From positions 124,001-188,000 of the forward strand of contig NW_025950341.1 in the NCBI RefSeq assembly GCF_021028975.2: DNA of 64,000 nt, written 5' to 3'. Position 1 is the stretch's first letter. The number at the start of each line of letters is the position of its first letter. Positions 12,282 through 22,925 of this stretch are shown here, piece by piece. A program made the position numbers and the translations under genes. This stretch comes from Sphaerodactylus townsendi (Eukaryota). The notes below the pieces were generated by a model that worked only from the letters and a program-made list of their open reading frames with translations, ran no database searches and was not told where the DNA came from.

Positions 12282-12460
12282 GGCCACAGGCCCGGGTAAG
12301 CTAAACTAATTTATTTATTATTATTATTTTGTAACTCCATCAGGTAATAGATTGTACTAATTAAGGTTTAAGTAATTTTTGTGGAATATTAGTGACTATA
12401 AGATTTTGTTGTAGCCTTGTAAGTTGTAACTGTAATTGTAAGCTGTAACTGAAAGCAACT

Positions 12461-15400
12461 ATGAATTGTAAACTATATTCTAACAATGTAAATGGTCTTA
12501 ATAACCCTAGGAAGAGGAGGGAACTGTTCCAATACTTGAAAAAAAGAAACTACGATATAATATGTCTTCAAGAATCACATATCAAGGAAAATGATGTGGG
12601 GCTACTTAAAAATGATACTTTGGGGAAGGTCTTCCATGCATCTAGTAAGACAAAAAAAAGGGGAGTCATATTTTATATAAGGGAACACCTGAACCCTAAA
12701 TTACTTTTTACAGATAACGATGGAAGAACCCTAATAGTAGAAACCTTAATAGGAGGTGAAAAAACTATATTAGTAGGTATATATGCCCCTACTGAGACGA
12801 ATAGAAAAACAAATTATTATTCTAACCTATTAAACAAATTACTTGAATTCACAGAGGACAATGTATTAATAATGGGTGATTTTAATGGCCTGATAGATCC
12901 GGAATTAGATAGAAAAGAGACAAAACAAAGTAAAAACAGGCTAAAAAAGAGATATAATGTTCTTCCGAAAGTTTTTTTCCAATTAGTGGAAAGAATTAAA
13001 GTGAAGGACGTATGGAGACTCAAAAATGGAAATTCTAGAGACTTCACTTTTTATTCTTACAGACACAAAGTTCATTCGCGATTGGATATGACATGGGCAA
13101 CAGGAAAGTTATCTCATCATATCACAGACATAAAAATCTTGCCAAAATTCCTGTCAGACCATAATGCGATCGAAATAGATATTGGTATAAGGAAAAAATC
13201 CAGACTATGGAAACTAAAAAATTGGTTAGTCAAAATGAAAGAATATCACAACAAAGTTAAAACGGCAATCAAAGATTTTTGGGACTTAAATAAAAATTCC
13301 ATAGACAATTCAAACACGACCTGGGACGCGTATAAAGCTACTATACGGGGCTTATATATAAGCCAAGAAATAAAACAGAAAAAAATTTGGAAATCAACAG
13401 AACAAAAATTGTGGACAGACCTCAAAAACTTAGAATTAGAATTCCAAAAAAATCCTTTAAACAAAAAATTGAAAAAAGGTATAAAATTAATAAGAGAACA
13501 ATTAGAAGAAAAAAATAGAAGAGCTTTAATGCAAAATTTAAAACGGATTAAACATCGCAATTATGCCCAAGCTAACAAATCGGGGAAATGGCTCTCCTCA
13601 AAAATAAGAGAAGTTAATGAAAATAAGAATATTAACATAATAAAAAAAGATGGTATGAATATATCAGACCCAAAGCTTATAGCTAAGGAATTGAATGAAT
13701 ATTATTCTAAGCTATATCAAAGAATTGATACATCAGAACAAAAGATAGATAGTTATTTAGACAGCCATAACTACATAAATATACCCCAAGAAGAGCTAGA
13801 AGGGTTGAATTGCCTATTCACAGAAACAGAAATTGAACAAGCAATTAACAAATTAAAATTGAATAAGTCACCAGGGCCGGATGGCTTTACCTCATTATTT
13901 TACAAAACATACAAAGAAGAAAATTTGAAAATACTTACTGAATTATTCAATAATATAATCCCATCTAGAGATATACCAGAAACCTGGAAAAGAAATCATA
14001 TTATATTAATCCCCAAAATACTAGACGAAACTCTAGAAGTTGATAAATTTAGGCCAATTAGCCTATTAAACATTGATTATAAAATACTAACATCAATAAT
14101 GTCAGACAGATTAAAAAAATTATCGGTAAAATGGATAAAAGAAGAACAAAGAGGTTTTTTACCAAATAGACATAGCAAAAATAATCTTAGAACAGTCATT
14201 GATATCATTGAGATCCTAAAGGCTAAACCAAATAAAAAACTTGCTCTTATTTTTTTAGACGCAGAGAAAGCCTTCGACAAAATTAATTGGCTATTTATGT
14301 TAAAATTATTAGAAAAAATAGGAATTAATGGAAATTTTTTGGATATAATTAAATTAATATATAGAGATCAGAAGGCAACACTAAAAATAAATGGAGATCC
14401 ACAAAATGAATTTAACATACATAGAGGTACGAGACAGGGATGCCCACTTTCCCCCCAATTATTTATTTGGGTGTTGGAATTGCTACTACAAAACATAAGA
14501 CAAGATAAGAAATTGGAAGGTTTAAAAATTGGGGGGATAGAATATAAAATACAGGCATTTGCAGATGATACGTTGATCATTTTAGATGATCCAGTAAACA
14601 AAATTGAATACCTTTGGCAGGTAATAGAGGAATTCGGCGAATTGGCAGGCTTTACAATTAATAAAACAAAAACAAAGATTTTAACATTCAATTTGAGTAA
14701 AAGTGAGGAAACCCAATTGGCAACTAAATCAAGTTGCAAAATAGTTCAAGAAATCAAATATTTAGGGATCAACCTAACAAGAAATAACCAAGATATTTAT
14801 AAGAACAATTACGAGCGACTGTGGAAAAAACTGAAACAAGACCTAAACAAATGGACAAAAATAAATTTGTCCATTTTGGGAAAAGTCGCACTGGTTAAAA
14901 TGGCAATACTACCCAAACTGATGTATTTGTTACAAACAATTCCATTTATAGACAATTTAAAACCATTTAGGGAATGGAAAAGAGACATCAGCAAATTTAT
15001 ATGGGGTGGGAGAAAACCCCGAGTTAAGTACAAAGTAATGATTTCCAGAAAGGAAAGAGGTGGAATGTCTTTGCCAGATATATACTTATACTATGTAGCG
15101 AACTCACTAACCTGGATAAAAGACTGGATTGATTTGACAAATATCAACATCCTAAATCTGGAAAACTATGGTCTTGATTATGGCTGGCACGAAAGACTCT
15201 GGTTAATAGATGAGAACAAAAAATATAGAACATTCAACCAACACTATGTAAGGAAAGCATTAATCAAAGTGTGGGACAGGTATAGGTGGTTATTATATAG
15301 AACTACCCCCCTATGGTTGTCAAGACTAGAAGCAATAAATATGAAAGGTTGGCCGAGAAACACCTTATGGCCAACTTACAAGGAAATACTAGAACTTGAC

Positions 15401-16234
15401 AGAGGAGAACCTAAATTGAAAGAAAGAACCAACATTCAAATAGAAGGAAGGGAATGTAATTGGTATACCTACCTGCAGCTCAAAGACTGTTTCCAAAAAG
15501 ATCAAAAACATACAGGTTTCCACCATAAACCTACCAAATTCGATGAGATCTTAACCAAAGGTAACAAAAAATTAATAAGTAGGATTTACATATATTTGAT
15601 AGATATAGAAACAGAAGAAGAATTGGTGAAAACTACTATGTTACACTGGGCCAAAGACTTAGATAGAAACATCGATTTGGAGGAGTGGGAAACAGTCTGG
15701 AGGAGAGCATACTCGTCCATCTTAAGTACTGATATAACAGAAAATGTATATAAGATGATACATAGGTGGTACATAACCCCAGTGACTATAGCGAAAATAA
15801 ACAGTACCTACCCAGTATGCTGCTGGAAGTGTGAAAGAGATATAGGTACCTTCATTCATTCCTGGTGGTACTGTAAAAAGATAAAGAGATTTTGGTGTAA
15901 AATACATACTCAAATGCAAAAAATTCTAAACATTCAATACAATATGGAACCAGGGTTATATCTGTTGGGATTATACAATATAAAAGAACTCCAACCACAC
16001 TCCAAACTTATTACCTACCTGACAGCGGCAGCAAGGTTATTAATTGCGGCCAATTGGAAATCAAAAAAGATTCCAACCCTAGAAGAATGGCTAGAAAAAA
16101 TTTATATTTTTATGGATATGGACTGTATTGCACTATCTTTACAGGAAGAAGACACAAAGAAGAGAGAAAAGATATGGACACCCCTAAAACAATTCTTTTT
16201 ACAAAAAAGACAGAACCAAATCGGACGAACTTGA
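12461..16234 (+). CDS. ORF2: L1 ORF2p: APE endonuclease, reverse transcriptase, C-terminal CCHC, 1257 aa
   Basis: EN motifs NVNG, LQE, IYAP, GDFN, SRLD, SDH. RT motifs KSPGPDGF, RPISLLNIDYK, LDAEKAFD, GTRQGCPLSP, FADD. C-terminal CWKC..TFIHSWWYC. Confidence 0.98.
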   Translation: MNCKLYSNNVNGLNNPRKRRELFQYLKKRNYDIICLQESHIKENDVGLLKNDTLGKVFHASSKTKKRGVIFYIREHLNPKLLFTDNDGRTLIVETLIGGEKTILVGIYAPTETNRKTNYYSNLLNKLLEFTEDNVLIMGDFNGLIDPELDRKETKQSKNRLKKRYNVLPKVFFQLVERIKVKDVWRLKNGNSRDFTFYSYRHKVHSRLDMTWATGKLSHHITDIKILPKFLSDHNAIEIDIGIRKKSRLWKLKNWLVKMKEYHNKVKTAIKDFWDLNKNSIDNSNTTWDAYKATIRGLYISQEIKQKKIWKSTEQKLWTDLKNLELEFQKNPLNKKLKKGIKLIREQLEEKNRRALMQNLKRIKHRNYAQANKSGKWLSSKIREVNENKNINIIKKDGMNISDPKLIAKELNEYYSKLYQRIDTSEQKIDSYLDSHNYINIPQEELEGLNCLFTETEIEQAINKLKLNKSPGPDGFTSLFYKTYKEENLKILTELFNNIIPSRDIPETWKRNHIILIPKILDETLEVDKFRPISLLNIDYKILTSIMSDRLKKLSVKWIKEEQRGFLPNRHSKNNLRTVIDIIEILKAKPNKKLALIFLDAEKAFDKINWLFMLKLLEKIGINGNFLDIIKLIYRDQKATLKINGDPQNEFNIHRGTRQGCPLSPQLFIWVLELLLQNIRQDKKLEGLKIGGIEYKIQAFADDTLIILDDPVNKIEYLWQVIEEFGELAGFTINKTKTKILTFNLSKSEETQLATKSSCKIVQEIKYLGINLTRNNQDIYKNNYERLWKKLKQDLNKWTKINLSILGKVALVKMAILPKLMYLLQTIPFIDNLKPFREWKRDISKFIWGGRKPRVKYKVMISRKERGGMSLPDIYLYYVANSLTWIKDWIDLTNINILNLENYGLDYGWHERLWLIDENKKYRTFNQHYVRKALIKVWDRYRWLLYRTTPLWLSRLEAINMKGWPRNTLWPTYKEILELDRGEPKLKERTNIQIEGRECNWYTYLQLKDCFQKDQKHTGFHHKPTKFDEILTKGNKKLISRIYIYLIDIETEEELVKTTMLHWAKDLDRNIDLEEWETVWRRAYSSILSTDITENVYKMIHRWYITPVTIAKINSTYPVCCWKCERDIGTFIHSWWYCKKIKRFWCKIHTQMQKILNIQYNMEPGLYLLGLYNIKELQPHSKLITYLTAAARLLIAANWKSKKIPTLEEWLEKIYIFMDMDCIALSLQEEDTKKREKIWTPLKQFFLQKRQNQIGRT

Positions 16235-16507
16235 CACTTAATGTCACAATATTAAGTATGAACTGTTATATATGTGTGAAACTTTCATGGATACACTTTC
16301 CGTAAACATCTTTGGTAGAAAATACGATAGTAAGGAAGAGAAGTTTACTAACCAAACGGCAAAATATATACCCCCCAGTGGGAGATTTAATTTAGTGACC
16401 TTAAGTAATATGCCGTTTGACTATAATGTATGTACAACTATATTTAGTAATTTTCTTTGTATGTAAAAACTAAGTGATTTAACGTTGTATTGTATTTTAA
16501 TTTTATT

Positions 16508-16513
16508 AATAAA
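16508..16513 (+). terminator. L1 polyadenylation signal
   Basis: AATAAA 13 nt upstream of the A-rich tail. Confidence 0.75.
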
Positions 16514-17393
16514 AGTGATTAAATTTAAAAAAAAGAAAAAAAAAAGGATGAGCACTGTATGATCCTTCCAAGTCTACCACCAAAAGAAAATCAGAACCAG
16601 AAATAACAGAAGGTTAATCAGTCTTTCAACTTTTTTCACCACCTAGGAAGATGGTAATTAATGAAGACACAGGATGGTCAATTGGTCTAAACACAGAATA
16701 TTGAAAAGGTCAGTATGGTAGAAAGAATAGGGTATTTATAGATCTGTCTGATATTAGAATTTTTGTGCACTTTTCAATATCTTTAAAAATAACAGGGAGA
16801 GAGAGCTGACAGCAAATTAATTTCTCTTCTTGATAAAGTATGATAATGAGATTTGGAAAATAGCATCCAATTACACCACTTGCTACTTGTTTAAGAGGGC
16901 ACTGTCAAGTTCTTTTCCCTCTCCCATTTATTTTTCAACCCTCTGGTCCTTCAGAGAGCCCCTGGGAAACTTGTTCCTGATGCCTGCTTCCTTAACAAGA
17001 ACTTTTGTTCGTGTTAGTTACTAGGATTCATTTCAACTGAAGAAAAAGTAGGACAAAAATCTTACTTGCTTCTTGCCTCTCTATTATATTCACGTTTCTC
17101 TTGAACTCCTATACAGTTTCAGATGGGCATTATGTTTACCCCAACATGCTGTCATCATAGGAATTGGAACAGCTCAACTAAAAGTACACATTTTCCAACA
17201 TTCTTGACAACACTAAAAAGTGTCCTCTAACAATGGTTTGGTAATTTTTTTGCAGAATTATTGCCCTATTCACAAAGTGTCATCTTAGCTGAATTGATTT
17301 AGGTTGCCTTCGATGATAGTAATACATCACAAAATTTTACTAGATACATAACACTGTAACATTTCATCCATTGTGCAATACCTGATTGACTGG

Positions 17394-17922
17394 GGCCATT
17401 TCTGCATGGCCCAAAAACAGCACCCTAGGGATGGTAAAAACACCATCCCTGGGGTGCTATTTGCCCAGTTGCTGCACCAGCAGCACAGCAGCGTCGTGCT
17501 CACCCCCCAAACAGTGCGAAAACACTGCTTTCAAAATATGCTCCAAGAAAAGCGGTGTCTTCTCACCAGCACTGTGCTAAGGGCACCGGCATGAGTGCGC
17601 CTCTTTCAGGCACTGCCTGTTTGCATGTGTTGTTTACCTTGTCTTCCCTCCGAGGCTCCAGGGGGAGAAGTGACATACCCATGCTGCCCTCTGACTCATG
17701 TGGATCGAGGGCAGCATGGGCATGTCACTTCCTCCCTCTGGAGCCTCAGAGGGAAGACAAGGTAAACAACACACAGACCGGAGGCAGCTTCATGTGATGC
17801 CACCTCTGCAGTTCACAGCAGCTCCAGCTGTGCTTGCACGAGACCGTGTGAATGGCCCTGTGGCTTCACCAGCATTAATTATGTCAATGGACAGCTGCTT
17901 CTGCTGCTGTGCAGAAACAGCA
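17394..17922. mobile_element. PIF/Harbinger-type MITE (long form, related to 2106-2651)
   Basis: Starts GGCCATTTCTGCATGGCCCAAAAACAGC, shares the CATGCTGCCCTC..GAGGGCAGCATG internal palindrome with the 2.1-kb copy, ends TGCAGAAACAGCA. Confidence 0.65.
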
Positions 17923-18758
17923 TTGGATAACACATGAGGTTAAACAGTTGCCTTCACTTTTAACTGAATTTCTCATCAGCAGATTAGCATGTAGCCAGAT
18001 CAGGTTGGCTATGTAGTACAGTGACATAATCTTATCCTTTTTACATCATTGATGGACACCTATGTGAGAAATGCAAGAAAGAGAAGAAAGCCCTAAGCAG
18101 GAACAAAAGTCATTTTCGTAACTATGATCCAGATCACGAGAGGCACTAAGCAGGCTTGCAATAAAGGTGAGGAGTTTTTTAATTAACACATGTTGAGGAA
18201 TGGTTTGTATGCTTATTCATAGAAGATAATTGCAGCTTGATAACTACAACAATGGCAGTCAAGAGGAGGTAAGAGGGGGGAAAAGCAGCATGCTCCATGT
18301 GAGGGTGACCCTGCAGGATGCTGGGGCACCGGGGCCATTTGCAGAATGGCGTGCAAATGGTCCCAGGGGGTGCACCAACTGCAATTATGTCGATGCACCC
18401 ATGCTTGCTTGCCTAAGAAACAGCCTAAGATAAAGCTAAGTGGGTTATCTTCATTGACTAAGGTATCATCACAGTTACTTCATAGTAAGAATAAAAAATA
18501 AAATAGGTATAGATAGTATATATACACTGAAATGAGAGGAGAATTTGGAGGTCCAACAATAATTGATAATTTTATGGACTGAATCACCCACCCATTTTTG
18601 TTAAAAATTGATAAATTAAACGCAGGTTGTGATCAGAGCAAAGTCTGATTTCTTTGGCTTTCTCTGTGGAAAACCTGTTGACTTCAACATTTAATTCATC
18701 TCTGCAAGAAGATATAGTTGCTCAAAAGATACTACAAATCTAGATATTTACAGTCATT

Positions 18759-18887
18759 GGCAGATTCTGCCTGGGCCAAAAACAGCGATGTGAAAATGAT
18801 GTGTAGACAGTGTAAACCCTTTAACACCATTTTAAACCATTTTACACTGTTTTCACACTGCTGTTTTTGGCCCATGTAAAATCCACC
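18759..18887. mobile_element. Palindromic Harbinger-type MITE
   Basis: TGGGCCAAAAACAGC..GTGAAAA and TTTTCAC..GCTGTTTTTGGCCCA arms. Related to 44530-44647. Confidence 0.7.
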
Positions 18888-21800
18888 AAAGATTGATTAG
18901 AGTACGTGGTAACTGATAAACCCATATTCAAAATCCCCAAATTAATTTTTGTTATTTTGAACAACTGGATAGTACTCTGAGAGATACTTAACTAAAATAA
19001 AATAGATCTCTCATGCCAGTGCTTGCTTAAAATTTATCCTACAAGCACAGGAGATAACATTAAAGTATTCATCACCAAAATGAATAATGCAGAACCAAAA
19101 AAAATTACAAAAGATGTTGCTTTGATCCTTACCCATTACTCAGTGTACAACTGTACTAAGGACACTACATGAAACAAGTTGTGATATTTCAGTTTTGCTT
19201 ACCTCTCAGTATTTGAATAAGTATTCATAAAAGGGCCTGTATCCAGCTGCACAGCTCTGACGACTTTCCATAGCATAAATGGTAAGTAATATCACCCGAT
19301 AAACAACATTCTATTAAGCTTCTATTAAAATGATATATATATATATATTTATTTGGACCCTGTCAAATACCTTACCCAGCCTTTGGGTGGTAGCAATACT
19401 GAGCTCTGGGCCTGAACCAGTACTTGAAACTCAAAACAGATTTTTAATATATATTTATTAAGAACCAGAGGGTTGAAAAATAATATATATAATATATATA
19501 TATTTTAATGGGTATAAAGCAAAAAGATTTCAAAATATACAGTGAACACAAAATCTTAAGGTGCATTTCAGGTGCACAATAAAATAACAAAGGATATAAC
19601 TTACTAGAAAAAATACTTGCAAATAAACTAGAATAGAAGTCCTCAGTATATGTGCAAAGTTCTTCAAATGAAATAGAAGCAAAACATCAAGAAGAGACAG
19701 TAAAGGAAAGGGAGATCACTGGTAACACTGAGTAACTAATTTATGCCCCTAACTAGCCATATCAAATGATCATCAATGAACCAATCAGATTACACATTGG
19801 TCTGAATATTCTCAAAAACAAGTTCACTTTTCTCCCCTCTCCTAAACCAAAACTCATTCACTAAGAAACTGGGGGGAAAATGAGGATGATCTCAAACCAG
19901 ATAATCAGACTGATGATCTTAAAGTAAAGTACACTGATCTCCAAATACCAACACCTGCTTTCTGAGCTATGTGGAATGGTGAGAAGGAAAACAGATTCTT
20001 AGTAGGCCTTTCAGTGTTCAAGATAGAGTCCCTCTGAATATAACAAAGCAGTCATTCTCTTAACAGATATCCACAGGAAAAGCCCATGACCAGGACCTAA
20101 TATGGAGAATCTGAAGAGCAGAGACCAAGAGGAGAAGACTGTCTGCTCATTCTGAAGCCAGACCACACAACAATAAAGGATCCACTTATGTTTCAAAATA
20201 TGTATCCAGTAACTACCTGGCTCATAACATAGCTCCAGAATATACAGATGTTGTAAACAAGAAATAAAAGAATGGAGTTAGTGAAGAATTTAAGCTTCGG
20301 ATTCTTTTAAATACACTACGTTCATCAGTAGTTTTAACTTTTCTTTGCAGGTGAAGGAACTTTGTCTTCACACTGAATATTTTATTCACCTTTCCCCCCT
20401 CAACATGTAGTAGCATAATTTGGGTCTTCAGAAGCTTGGAGAAAAAAGCAAAGCAAAGCACAACAAAAACTATGTTGCTTCAGCAGACGGAGAACTATGG
20501 AATGTATTTTGAACTTTAGTGATTTGACAGAACCTTTAATATTTCAGAGGGATTTCACACTGAAATTTCTATTAACCCTACCAGAAATACAAGTTTTTGT
20601 TATTTGTTTGGGGAAGCTTCTGGGCCCAGTTCTTTCCAGAAGTTTTCTTGACAGCAGCCAAGTGTTTCCATGTTTATTCATGCCGAAACAAATTCATTAC
20701 ACAAGATGCACTTTAAGCTGTTTATTAATGTTGAGCATCTTTAGAAGACCACAGCTACTTAGGAGGAAATGCTGCAGAAAGCAGTGAGCTCTTTTGTGCC
20801 ACAGGCGTCTATGTTTGACTCCTCATGTTTACTGAGGATTTGTAACAGTCGAAGATTTGGGTGAGATGGTGTCTCTGAACTATTAAACTGCACTGCAGCA
20901 CTTCTTCAAAGCTGCATATTCAGCAGAGGAAGTTGTAACAGTGATTGAGGACAATGAAATCTATATAAACAAATGTCTTATGTGTGTCATGTAGTAATTC
21001 ACAAGAATGTTATCAAGTTGTATGACGTATCAGAGATCCCTACAGTATCGATGCTATCAAATTGTTCATCCCTGCTTGATTGCATCAGTTTTACTTCTTC
21101 CCTAGTGCAAACTGAACCTAAGAATGTTTTTATGTGTGCTATTTTTATTACACTTATTCCCAATGTTTGCCATTACTTTTACAAAATTTGTTAATTTCAT
21201 TGTGGGTTGACAGAATGTCTCCATCATTTTCAGGAAAATGGATATAAATAGTCATAAGATAATAGCAGTCAAGGGGGAGGGGAATCAAAATAAATGAATT
21301 GGGAACACAAGCAATGAAAATAAAGCAGAATGAAAAATAAAACTCACAAAAATCTGCACAAACACTCTCCACCCAAGAACTCACCTCAGGGTTTAAATTA
21401 TTTATGACTTTTTTTCTGTCCATGGACAGGCACCCTAGTGCAGAATGACAGCTCAGAAAAAAAGGGATGTGGAATTGGTAGTAAGGTAGTAAGAGCCAAG
21501 AAGCTGGAAAGACTAAAGTGATTAAAGAAAAACTCTTCCTTTGGGACAGGAAGGCAATCCCAAAGGGAAGGGCTGTATAAACTCTGTACTACGTTTTCTA
21601 CTTTGGGCAGTTCTTTGAATCTGCACAAGCCATGATGGACTAAACTTTCACCAAAAGACTCAACCAAATCCACAAAGAGAGCCATGTTTTGATCTCCAAA
21701 TATTAGGGTTGTTCAGGAAATTGTAGGAGATTAGGAAGGGAGGGGGCATTCCAGGAGGTGAAGGGGCTCAGCAAGGATGTGATACCATACTGTCTACCAT

Positions 21801-22384
21801 CCCAAACTGCAGTCTCTTTCCTCCAGGGAAACTGAACACTGTAGGCTAGAAATCTGATTTAATTCTAGGAGAACTGCAGGCCATGCATTTAGTAATCCTA
21901 TTCAGTGCTGTGCTTCTTAAGATATGGACATGTTAATAAAAATGTTAAGAAATAGGGTCAAAATTTCAGCAGAACCCACTTGTACATTTTGTTGTCTGCT
22001 TTTGACCTGAGTTAAACTGCCCCAGGAGGAATGAAAAATATGTTGTTCACTTAAGTTATTAAAAGCTATTACTTCCCTAAATCATTTATTACATTTATAA
22101 CTGGTCTTTCTTTCATCATGGCACTTAACTTGGTGTACTTTAGAATCTCACTTCCAGACACATATCACAACCATACCTACTTGGCTTCATAGACCATTGT
22201 CCTCTGGTCATATCCATGGGCCTATGAAATTATATTTAATAAATATTAATAAGAAAGAGGAAAAATATTTTGTAGGGGAAGGATGAAATGTGCCTTAGAA
22301 TAACACAGGCTTGTTTGTGAGATTAGGTGAAGGGAAACCCTGAAGATCATCCATGAAGGTGAATATGATGTGCCATGTGTATAT

Positions 22385-22925
22385 AATGTGCTGTCAAGTA
22401 ACAGCTGATTTCTGGCAACCCCATATGGTTTTCAAGGCAAGAGATGTTCAGAGCTGATTTGTTGTTGTTTGCTTCTGCATGGCTCAGCAAGGTTGTGACT
22501 GGCCCAAGGCCACAATCAATATCCTCTTTGAGGTACTGTGTAGTTTCTGGGCTGTATGGCCGTGTTCTAGCAGCATTCTCTCCTGACATTTTGCCTGCAT
22601 CTGTGGCTGGCATCTTCAGAGGATCTGATAGTAGGAATGGAAAGCAAGTGGAGTATATATACTGTGAGGTCAAACTCCACTTGCTTTCCATTCCTACTAT
22701 CAGATCCTCTGAAGATGCCAGCCACAGATGCAGACGAAACATCAGGAGAGAATGCTGCTAGAACACAGCCATACAGCCCGAATACCACACAGCACCCCAG
22801 TGATTCTGGCCTTCGACAATACAATATCCTCTTTTCCTTTGTTGCTTGGCAGGTGCTGTGGAGGAGTGGGGAATTGAACCTGGTTCGCCAGACTACAGTC
22901 CACCACAACCACCATGCTGGCTCTC
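22385..22925 (-). mobile_element. Sauria/Squam-type SINE interrupted by a Penelope insertion
   Basis: Tail part (GTCAAGT..GGTTTTCAAGGCAAGAG) left of the insertion. tRNA-like head with B box (GGGAATTGAACC on +) right of it. Confidence 0.6.
22530..22821. mobile_element. Palindromic Penelope pLTR insertion (two inverted copies)
   Basis: ~125-bp inverted arms around a ~19-nt spacer, 13-bp TSD CAATATCCTCTTT (22517-22529, 22822-22834). Each arm carries a mutated hammerhead core. Confidence 0.85.

Larger units (their letters stand above)
10359..16544 (+). mobile_element. Full-length L1 (LINE-1) non-LTR retrotransposon
   Basis: TSD AGGATGAGCACTG (10346-10358, 16545-16557), ~1-kb 5'UTR, two intact ORFs, AATAAA at 16508 and an A-tail at 16527-16544. 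Confidence 0.97.

Noticed and set aside
12817-15919. Antisense ORFs within L1 ORF2
   Set aside because: F/L/I-rich shadows of the A-rich coding strand.
19202-19321. Segment with good splice signals on both strands
   Set aside because: All frames contain stops on both strands and it cannot be linked to other exons. It could be non-coding, but there is no support.
19361-19953. Possible solo LTR (TG..CA, antisense AATAAA); similar candidate starting ~48213
   Set aside because: No convincing TSD and no second copy in the window, so boundaries cannot be supported.
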